A stretch of DNA of 38,375 nt from a virus. The DNA is taken from IMG/VR virus record IMGVR_UViG_3300029130_000025. One strand, written 5' to 3'. Position numbers and translations under genes: made by a program. This document shows positions 7,680-13,743 of the stretch, piece after piece (position 1 is the stretch's first letter; every line of letters begins with the position of its first letter). The notes below the pieces were generated by a model. The model was not told where the DNA came from, ran no database searches, and saw only the letters and a list, made by a program, of their open reading frames with translations.

Positions 7680-8318
7680 ATGATGGAAAATTATTCTCTG
7701 TCCGATCTCGCGGCTGTGACCAAGGACGCTGACGGAATGGCTGGTAACGGTGCATGGTGGATCATCATCCTGTTTCTGTTTGTCATCATGGGCGGAGGTT
7801 GGAGTGGGTTTAACCGCCAGGGAGAGTATGGACAGTACGCCACGGCGGCATCCCAGCAGGAGATCCTTTATGGACAGCAGTTTGGCCAGATCAATGACCG
7901 GCTGACAAATCTCGGCAACGGAATCTGCAACCTCGGGTATGAGATGCAGGGCAATATCGGGCAGCTCGGCAAGGAGGTCGCACTGGCGCAGGCTGGCACC
8001 AACACCACAATCATGCAGACCGGGAATGCCATCCAGTCTCAGATTGCTCAGTGCTGCTGCGAGAATCGGCTGGCCACCGCAAACCTGTCCGCACAAATTG
8101 ACCGGCAGACCTGCGACATCACTACGGCGATCCACGCCGAGGGTGAGCAGACCAGGGCACTGATGCAGGCAAACGAGATCCAGAGCCTGCGGGATAAGGT
8201 CTCTGCTCTGGAGGCTGACAACCGCATGTATGGTGTGGTTCGCTATCCCAACGGCTACACTTACACCGCCGGGCCTTCCCCGTTCTGCGGCTGCAATAGC
8301 GGCTGCGGGTGTGCATAA
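7680..8318 (+). CDS. Membrane protein with Q/N/G-rich coiled region, CCC motif and Cys-rich C-terminus
   Basis: RBS aaaggag. TM segment AWWIIILFLFVIMGGGW. It contains QCCCENRL...RQTCDIT and ends FCGCNSGCGCA. Confidence 0.7.
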   Translation: MMENYSLSDLAAVTKDADGMAGNGAWWIIILFLFVIMGGGWSGFNRQGEYGQYATAASQQEILYGQQFGQINDRLTNLGNGICNLGYEMQGNIGQLGKEVALAQAGTNTTIMQTGNAIQSQIAQCCCENRLATANLSAQIDRQTCDITTAIHAEGEQTRALMQANEIQSLRDKVSALEADNRMYGVVRYPNGYTYTAGPSPFCGCNSGCGCA

Positions 8319-8349
8319 CAACGTTCAAAAACCGCTCTAACAGCGATAA

Positions 8350-8373
8350 GCCCGGGGCGGATTTGCCCCGGGC
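8350..8373 (+). terminator. Stem-loop (weak terminator or processing site) inside the accessory operon
   Basis: gcccgggg-cggatttg-ccccgggc is followed by atttctg. Confidence 0.4.
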
Positions 8374-8393
8374 ATTTCTGAAAGGAGAACAAT

Positions 8394-8834
8394 ATGAGCT
8401 GCAACAGAAATCTTAAAAATCCCCACTATAAGAGCGCCCAGAACGCTTATAACGACGCATCACAGGCGTTTGTTGCCACCGGCACCCCCGTATCCGTGCT
8501 GGGCGTGCTCAACACTGATACCGGATGCTCTGTGGATACAGTCACAGGGGGCTTCCGGATCAACGCCTCTGGACTTTACCGCGTATCCTATGACGTGACC
8601 TTCACACCGTCAGCTGCTGGCGTGGCGGTGCTCCAGGGACTCAAGGACACGGCAACGCTCCCTTGCCTCAATGCGCAGGAAACGGTAGCCGCTGGCTCTG
8701 TGTACACGCTCCACGCAGAGACTACAATATATGTCCCAGTGTGCTGCAATGGCGCTCCAACAATCAGCGCGACGCTCGGCGGTGTAGCAGGCACGGTTTC
8801 CCATGTATGCGCAAGCGCCGTAAAGCTGGCGTGA
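8394..8834 (+). CDS. BclA C-terminal / C1q-TNF-like jelly-roll domain protein without a collagen stalk
   Basis: RBS aaaggag. FRINASGLYRVSYDVTF...VYTLHAETTIYV...SAVKLA resembles, from memory, the BclA C-terminal domain (FVISETGFYKITV...SIIIEKVA). Confidence 0.55.
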   Translation: MSCNRNLKNPHYKSAQNAYNDASQAFVATGTPVSVLGVLNTDTGCSVDTVTGGFRINASGLYRVSYDVTFTPSAAGVAVLQGLKDTATLPCLNAQETVAAGSVYTLHAETTIYVPVCCNGAPTISATLGGVAGTVSHVCASAVKLA

Positions 8835-8844
8835 GGTGATCGCC

Positions 8845-9321
8845 ATGAAATCCAAATTGAGCGAGTATAAATCCAAGTTGGAGCACGAATTGGCGGAATA
8901 CCTCGATCAGCCAATCGGGACTAGATCCATGGCCGCCGTTGATGCTATGATTGAGTGCTGGGAACACGTTAATGACATGGAACATTGTGTATGCCATAGT
9001 GAGAAGCTGGACGATCAAGCATTGGAGACATGGAATGCCAACATGAAAAACGATGATGGTAGCACCGGTGGACATTGGACAGTAGCCCAGACCACCGACG
9101 CGGCAAAAACCGCAGGGGTAGTAATGGAGCACATTACACCGAATGGATGGAATGCCGCCATGAATATGATGTACTCGGACTATTGCAGCGTGGCAACAAA
9201 GCACGGATGCAACAAGGTAGAGTTTTACGCCGACCTCGCAAAGGCGTTTTTGTTTGACAAGGACGGCCCGGGGCCGGAAGCCAAACTGGCAGCATACTAT
9301 CATGGGATTGTCGTGGGATAA
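8845..9321 (+). CDS. Conserved hypothetical phage protein
   Basis: ATG 8845 lies 6 nt after gaggtg (the track uses GTG 8836). Motifs NMKNDDGSTGGHWTVAQT and MNMMYSDY. No function recognised. Confidence 0.6.
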   Translation: MKSKLSEYKSKLEHELAEYLDQPIGTRSMAAVDAMIECWEHVNDMEHCVCHSEKLDDQALETWNANMKNDDGSTGGHWTVAQTTDAAKTAGVVMEHITPNGWNAAMNMMYSDYCSVATKHGCNKVEFYADLAKAFLFDKDGPGPEAKLAAYYHGIVVG

Positions 9322-9323
9322 GT

Positions 9324-9343
9324 GCTAACGATTACGCTAACAA
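9324..9343 (+). repeat. attP arm repeat gctaacgatt-N-gctaacaa (copy 1), candidate arm-type integrase site
   Basis: gctaacgattacgctaacaa. A near-identical copy, gctaacgatttgctaacaa, lies at 9576..9594 on the other side of the tRNA core. Confidence 0.5.
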
Positions 9344-9367
9344 TAGACTGTATTTTTGCCTGATTCA

Positions 9368-9417
9368 GCATGATCCTGCATGATTCCTCGTGGATTTTCA
9401 AAGCACAGATTTTCAAA
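9368..9417 (+). repeat. Short tandem direct repeats in the attP arm
   Basis: gcatgatcc / gcatgattcc at 9368..9387, and gattttcaaa twice (9393..9402 and 9408..9417). Confidence 0.45.
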
Positions 9418-9433
9418 CAAATACAGTAAAAAA

Positions 9434-9475
9434 GTACCGCATTTACACAAAACCAAGTGCAAATGCGGTACTTTT
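9434..9475. terminator. Bidirectional intrinsic terminator (ends the accessory operon on +; follows the tRNA 3' end on -)
   Basis: gtaccgcattt (9434..9444) pairs with aaatgcggtac (9461..9471). tttt follows on +, and tttttt follows on the - strand. Confidence 0.7.
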
Positions 9476-9538
9476 GGCGCGGAAGGAGGGATTTGAACCC
9501 TCGCGCCGGTTTCCCGGCCTACTCCCTTAGCAGGGGTG
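9475..9538 (-). other. attP core: 3' ~60 nt of a tRNA-Ser(GCU) gene (anticodon loop to CCA), not a complete tRNA
   Basis: The reverse complement reads cacccCTGCTAAgggag-taggccgggaaaccggcgc-gagggTTCAAATccctc-cttccgc-g-CCA. That gives anticodon loop CU-GCU-AA, a long variable arm, a T arm and the acceptor 3' strand. There is no 5' acceptor strand or D arm upstream. Confidence 0.75.
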
Positions 9539-9575
9539 AAAAAATCGTTGCAATTACAAGAAAAATTCGGGATAT

Positions 9576-9594
9576 GCTAACGATTTGCTAACAA
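9576..9594 (+). repeat. attP arm repeat (copy 2)
   Basis: gctaacgatttgctaacaa, matching 9324..9343. Confidence 0.5.
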
Positions 9595-9599
9595 CGATG

Positions 9600-10706
9600 C
9601 TACTCAGACGTTGCCGCCATCTGATTTACGGCGGCATGAGAAGCGGCGGTATCTGGATGGATATAGCGCTGTGTCGTTGTAAATTTGGTGTGGCGCATAA
9701 CCTCCTGAATTACGGACGGTGCAATATTGCCCAGAGCCAGCGCAGTTGCGGTGGTGTGGCGGCAGGAGTACGGCGGGAGGTCTCTGCATCCGGCATTTTT
9801 TACAGCTCTATGATATTCCAGATAGAACTTGTCACGATCCATGCAGAGGACGTAATCTTTCCGGCTCTTTGAGTAATCGCAGAGTTCGTGGAGCACGGGA
9901 GCGACGGACTGTGGAAATACCATGACCGTTTCCTTCCGCTTTCTGGTTTTGAGGCCAGCCCCCCGAATTTCACACTTGTTAAAATCTATCATATCCTTTT
10001 TCAGGATGAATAGTTCCCCCGGCATCATGCCCGTGTAGATCATCAGCAGGATGTAGCCCACAAACGTATCACCGGCGGTGTATGCCGCCCAGAATAGTTT
10101 AATCTCGTCCTCGGTGTACGGGGTCATCTCTTTTTCATCCAGCGGCGGTAGCTCAATATATTCCGCCAGATTTGCCCGGAGATGGCCCTCTGCAACGGCC
10201 ATTTTCAGGAGGTGGGACGCTACGGTTTTCATATCCCGTGCGGGGTAGTATGTGGAGGTCTCAGTGTCCACCTGTCCCTGCAAATCTCCAATGGATAGCT
10301 CGGTTATGGGTTTGTCGTATAGGCCCTCCCAACGCTTCCAAGCGATCTCATAGGCCGTTTGCTTAGATTTTCCAAGCTTGGTAAATGCAGATGAGTGCCA
10401 TGTTTTATGGTACTCGCGGAGTGTAGGCACTTTTACGACAGTTTCCGGAGGGCATGACGCATAGGCCAGCGCGGCCTTTTTTGTGGCAAATCCGCCCTTC
10501 CATTTCCGGGGATAATGGACTTTACCATCATCACCGATATAGCGCGGGGCAGACCATACGGCTGTCCACGTTTTCCCTCGCTTGATGGCCGTCCCCTGTC
10601 CGTTTCCACGGCTTTTTACGCTTGTGGTTACAGTTAATTTAGCCCCGCACTTTGGGCAGAAATTAGCCCCCTCCGGTGCCTCTGAATGGCATTTCCTGCA
10701 TTGCAT
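9600..10706 (-). CDS. int: Tyrosine integrase with an N-terminal zinc-ribbon
   Basis: MQCRKCHSEAPEGANFCPKCGAKL is a CxxC...CxxC ribbon. The C-terminus has ...YSCRHTTATALAL...VMRHTKFTTTQRYIH (R..H..R..Y catalytic pattern). It is adjacent to attP. Confidence 0.9.
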   Translation of the reverse strand: MQCRKCHSEAPEGANFCPKCGAKLTVTTSVKSRGNGQGTAIKRGKTWTAVWSAPRYIGDDGKVHYPRKWKGGFATKKAALAYASCPPETVVKVPTLREYHKTWHSSAFTKLGKSKQTAYEIAWKRWEGLYDKPITELSIGDLQGQVDTETSTYYPARDMKTVASHLLKMAVAEGHLRANLAEYIELPPLDEKEMTPYTEDEIKLFWAAYTAGDTFVGYILLMIYTGMMPGELFILKKDMIDFNKCEIRGAGLKTRKRKETVMVFPQSVAPVLHELCDYSKSRKDYVLCMDRDKFYLEYHRAVKNAGCRDLPPYSCRHTTATALALGNIAPSVIQEVMRHTKFTTTQRYIHPDTAASHAAVNQMAATSE

Positions 10707-10841
10707 AAAGTTCCTCCATCCTTATTGACAGTATGGAGGAACTGCGTTACAATAAATGCGCAGATTCCCTCCATATTTTTTGGATCCTCCCTTTGATCTG
10801 CATGATGTCCTCCCGGTTGGCACACTGGGGGGCATCTTTTT

Positions 10842-11354
10842 TTACTCAAACGCTCCGATCCCGGGATGCAACATATCCCAGATCATATAAGCAATCAGTC
10901 CGGCGGCAACTAGGACAAGAAGAACGGTTGCAGCTGCCGCCCATAAAATCATGATCTTTATGGTTCTGGATTTGCGTTTTATTTCCGCTTGCTGCTCCTC
11001 AATGGTGGTCTGCATCCGGTCTATCTGGGCGGATCGTGCATCAATTCCGCGCTGGCGCTCCCGGTCTGCGTCTTCTCTGACTGCCAGAAGCGCCCGAAGC
11101 GCTGCTATATCCTCCGGTGGCGTTACATCCGGGTTGTAGCCGTCACCGATTACGGCGCGCGCCACGGCTTGCAGGGTGGATACGCGGAATTCCTCGGCTC
11201 TTTCATCGTCCGCAGTAAAAATCCGGCGCACGGAAGACATGGAAACCGGTTCGCCGGCAAGTTCACACGCGTCTACGATATTCTGGTAGGTAAGCCCCTT
11301 TTGCTCCCGCATGACTTTTAGCTGACGGATCAGGGCTATCTGATTTCTGCTCAC
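10842..11354 (-). CDS. HTH (XRE-like) - coiled-coil - C-terminal TM anchor protein
   Basis: GTG 11354 lies 8 nt after agaggag (the track starts at TTG 11408). LTYQNIVDACELAGEPVSMSSVRRIF is the HTH. RERQRGIDARSAQIDRMQTTIEEQQAEIKRK is the coiled coil. IMILWAAAATVLLVLVAAGLIAYMIW is the TM segment. Confidence 0.65.
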   Translation of the reverse strand: MSRNQIALIRQLKVMREQKGLTYQNIVDACELAGEPVSMSSVRRIFTADDERAEEFRVSTLQAVARAVIGDGYNPDVTPPEDIAALRALLAVREDADRERQRGIDARSAQIDRMQTTIEEQQAEIKRKSRTIKIMILWAAAATVLLVLVAAGLIAYMIWDMLHPGIGAFE

Positions 11355-11416
11355 GTTATCATCTCCTCTGGCAATTTTTGAGCCGCAAAGAGCATCAAAA
11401 GAACACAAAAATGGTA

Positions 11417-11444
11417 TTGATTGGAAAAATAAGCGTGGTATACT
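11417..11444 (+). promoter_or_regulatory. Candidate sigma-A promoter for two micro-ORFs, divergent from the HTH-TM gene
   Basis: TTGATT (11417..11422), a 16-nt spacer, then TGgTATACT (extended -10, TATACT at 11439..11444). Confidence 0.45.
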
Positions 11445-11475
11445 CGAAGTATCAGCACTGCGGGAGGTGAGCGAG

Positions 11476-11562
11476 ATGATGCAGTGCCATGAGGATTATC
11501 CGCCGCCGGTGTTTGCGGAAAGAATTTACATAAGAAGACGGCTTATCCATAAAGTGCAGTGA
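11476..11562 (+). CDS. 28-aa micro-ORF
   Basis: Strong RBS gggaggtg 6 nt upstream. Product MMQCHEDYPPPVFAERIYIRRRLIHKVQ. Confidence 0.3.
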   Translation: MMQCHEDYPPPVFAERIYIRRRLIHKVQ

Positions 11563-11574
11563 CTGGAGGACAAA

Positions 11575-11682
11575 ATGAATGCGTACAAAGAGGAAATCAA
11601 GCGATTAGTTGATACGTGCGAAAATGAGCGGAGCCTGTGGTTGATCTTACGGTTTATCCAGCTGAGGCTTTCGGTTGAATAG
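11575..11682 (+). CDS. 35-aa micro-ORF
   Basis: RBS ctggagg. Product MNAYKEEIKRLVDTCENERSLWLILRFIQLRLSVE. A terminator follows. Confidence 0.35.
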   Translation: MNAYKEEIKRLVDTCENERSLWLILRFIQLRLSVE

Positions 11683-11688
11683 TTAAAA

Positions 11689-11714
11689 GGAGCGGGAATC
11701 CCGCTCCTTTTTTT
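11689..11714. terminator. Bidirectional intrinsic terminator
   Basis: ggagcggg-aat-cccgctcc is followed by ttttttt on +. An A-tract on the other side serves the minus-strand SLH-Ltp gene. Confidence 0.8.
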
Positions 11715-11719
11715 ACGGG

Positions 11720-12799
11720 TTACTGGTAGGTTTGATTGGCGGCGTAAACCGCCTGGTCGTAGGTAAACCCTTCAAACTCCAGCTGGGACACCAGTCCGTC
11801 ATAAGAAAAGGACGTGTAATCAAGATAATCCTTCGCTTTCTTCACAGCCTGCTCATACCAGTCTGCCCCACAATTGTCAGCGCCATAGACAGCTTGATCG
11901 TGCGTGAACTTGGAATACTCCAGTTGCTCAATCAGGCCGGTATAAGAAAAAGATGAACTCCGCAAATAGCTCTGTGCTTTTTTTAGTGCCTGTTCATACC
12001 AATCTGCACCACAATTGTCTGAAGCATAGGTCGCATCCTCCGTCGAATACCCCTCATATTCCAGCTGCTCAATCAGGCCAGTCCGGGAAAATGCAGATAC
12101 ACGCAAGTAGGATTTTGCCCGTTCCAGTGCATTCTTCTGGGACTGTGTGGGGTCCGTAGGAGTTGCAGAAGGCTGGATCTGCTGCACGAGGCGAACCAGC
12201 ACCGCAGTGCCTTCGATGCGCGTCATATTTTTCTTCGGGTTGAAATTGCCGTTGTTGTCACCATTTACGATCCCAAGGGTACGGAGCAGCTCAACACTGG
12301 GCTGTGCATATCCAGAGATCGCAGAAGCATCCTGAAAGCCGTCTGCAATCTTATCTCCTGCGGCAACGTTCAGACCGAGATTACCGATGGCACGGCCAAC
12401 GATGGTTGCCATGTCCTGACGAGTGATGGGGGAATTGGGGGAAAAGGTCGTATCGCCGGTGCCGTTAATAATGCCGTTATCAACGCCCCAGTAGAGGTAC
12501 GGGATATAGTAGGCGCTATTGTCTACATCGGCAAACTTATATGTATTGGTTCCGCTGCCGGCCATAGCACGGCCAAAGACCGCAATAAACTGGGAACGTG
12601 TCATGGTATCATAGGGCGCAAAGGTGGTAGCAGATTTACCATTGACCATTGAGTGATCCACGGCATAGGTCAATGTATCGCCATACCATGCATCCAGATT
12701 TACATCCGTAAAATCGCTTGCCGATGCGGCAAATACGGACGTGGTGAGCATCAACACTGTAAGCAGCGCCGATGTGATTTTTGCCAGTTGCTTTTTCAT
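11720..12799 (-). CDS. Secreted SLH-anchored protein with three Ltp (host cell surface-exposed lipoprotein, PF07553-type) repeats; candidate superinfection-exclusion protein
   Basis: Signal peptide MKKQLAKITSALLTVLMLTTSVFAASA. Three SLH-like units follow (FTDV...W..., FADVDNSAYY..., FQDASAISGYA...). Then come three repeats ALxxAKSYL..S.FS..GLI.QLE...F....A.Y.....GADW, matching the TP-J34 Ltp repeat as I remember it. Confidence 0.8.
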   Translation of the reverse strand: MKKQLAKITSALLTVLMLTTSVFAASASDFTDVNLDAWYGDTLTYAVDHSMVNGKSATTFAPYDTMTRSQFIAVFGRAMAGSGTNTYKFADVDNSAYYIPYLYWGVDNGIINGTGDTTFSPNSPITRQDMATIVGRAIGNLGLNVAAGDKIADGFQDASAISGYAQPSVELLRTLGIVNGDNNGNFNPKKNMTRIEGTAVLVRLVQQIQPSATPTDPTQSQKNALERAKSYLRVSAFSRTGLIEQLEYEGYSTEDATYASDNCGADWYEQALKKAQSYLRSSSFSYTGLIEQLEYSKFTHDQAVYGADNCGADWYEQAVKKAKDYLDYTSFSYDGLVSQLEFEGFTYDQAVYAANQTYQ

Positions 12800-12851
12800 A
12801 GGGATTTCCTCCTTTTATTTTACACCTTACAGTGTAGATTACATTAAAACC

Positions 12852-12880
12852 ATCATACTATTCAGGCAAGCGATTTTCAA
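12852..12880 (-). promoter_or_regulatory. Candidate own promoter of the SLH-Ltp gene
   Basis: The minus strand reads TTGAAA (12880..12875), a 17-nt spacer, then TATGAT (12857..12852). It lies downstream of the repressor terminator. Confidence 0.4.
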
Positions 12881-12910
12881 GTAATTGGCGCAAAATGACA
12901 CAAATTCAAT

Positions 12911-12941
12911 GCAAAAGGAGCAGGGGGGAAGCCCCTACTCC
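12911..12941 (-). terminator. Intrinsic terminator of the repressor gene, overlapping its stop codon
   Basis: The minus strand reads ggagtagggg-cttcc-cccctgctcc, a 10-bp stem with one G-U pair, followed by ttttgc. Confidence 0.7.
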
Positions 12942-13318
12942 TTTCCTTTTGTCAACTCAACAACCAATTGTGCCATGGCCTGCCAGCTTGCTTCCGATAA
13001 TTTCGACAATTTGTAAACAAACTGCCGACGGAATGATTCCGGTTCGTCCTGTAATACGTCGTTGAAGAACTCCATGATTTCCTCATCCTTGGACTTTTTA
13101 ACGTACATATCGCCCTCACCGGTACGGAGCCAATGCTCCGACACGCCGAAGACTCGGCAAATAGACAGGACGGTCTGGTTGGATGGGTTTGTTTTCCCGT
13201 TCTCAATGTTTGACAGTGCTGTTGGCGTAATGCCTATTTTGTCCCCAAGCTGTTGCAAGGTCATTCCGGCGCTTTTCCTGATTTTTTTTATCCTTGCGTT
13301 TATGGTATCACCTCCCAT
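12935..13318 (-). CDS. CI-like repressor (XRE HTH, no S24 peptidase domain)
   Basis: INARIKKIRKSAGMTLQQLGDKIGITPTALSNIENGKTNPSNQTVLSICRVFGVSEHWL. It is divergent from the early operon. Confidence 0.8.
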   Translation of the reverse strand: MGGDTINARIKKIRKSAGMTLQQLGDKIGITPTALSNIENGKTNPSNQTVLSICRVFGVSEHWLRTGEGDMYVKKSKDEEIMEFFNDVLQDEPESFRRQFVYKLSKLSEASWQAMAQLVVELTKGKE

Positions 13319-13332
13319 TTGTCCACGACACC

Positions 13333-13360
13333 ATTATACCACGATGATAAAATAAATCAA
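13333..13360 (-). promoter_or_regulatory. Candidate repressor-maintenance promoter giving a nearly leaderless mRNA
   Basis: The minus strand reads TTGATT (13360..13355), a 16-nt spacer, then TATAAT (13338..13333). Only 14 nt separate the -10 from the ATG at 13318, and there is no SD upstream. Confidence 0.5.
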
Positions 13361-13391
13361 GATAATTTTTTAATTAAGTTCAAAAAATACC

Positions 13392-13420
13392 TTGACATTT
13401 GAATGTAATTGATATAATAT
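13392..13420 (+). promoter_or_regulatory. Early lytic promoter (PR-like) with a palindromic operator candidate
   Basis: TTGACA at 13392..13397. Extended -10 TGaTATAAT, with TATAAT at 13413..13418. The palindrome ACATT-TG-AATGT at 13395..13406 overlaps the -35 and spacer. Confidence 0.6.
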
Positions 13421-13459
13421 ATAACCACGTTAAAACACAGGGGCAAGGGGGCAAATCGA

Positions 13460-13663
13460 ATGGAAATGACACTGGAATGGCTGTTGAAGAACACGGATCG
13501 TCTGATTCTTGACAGTACAAAGATTGTCATATTCTACACCGGGCACCAGGTGGTCAGTGGATCGTGGTTTGAAGATTCGGTTCTAGGATATGCAGATCGA
13601 AACATTCTGAAATTTGAATATTCCGCAGAGACCGACACCATGCGCATTTGGTTGGAGCAATAG
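13460..13663 (+). CDS. Hypothetical first early protein (Cro position but no recognisable HTH)
   Basis: 67-aa ORF with RBS aaggggg. Confidence 0.55.
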   Translation: MEMTLEWLLKNTDRLILDSTKIVIFYTGHQVVSGSWFEDSVLGYADRNILKFEYSAETDTMRIWLEQ

Positions 13664-13743
13664 GCCCTGGGCGGTGGGTGTGGCGCTCCTCATACATGTA
13701 AAAACGAGAGGATAAATCGACAACAACGAAAGGGGGACACACG

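Noticed and set aside
7596-8321. 241-aa minus-strand ORF antisense to the membrane-protein gene. Similar long antisense ORFs occur at 21145..21801, 33704..34258, 33942..34928, 34757..35506 and 35747..36193.
   Set aside because: They have no RBS. Their Leu/Arg/Ala/Pro-rich composition is typical of antisense frames in GC-rich genes. They fully overlap well-supported + strand genes (RecT/SSB, tape measure).
9475-9538. Functional phage-encoded tRNA-Ser.
   Set aside because: Only the segment from the anticodon loop to CCA is present. The 5' acceptor strand and D arm are absent, and the anticodon stem has a mismatch at the boundary. It is interpreted as the attP core next to the integrase.
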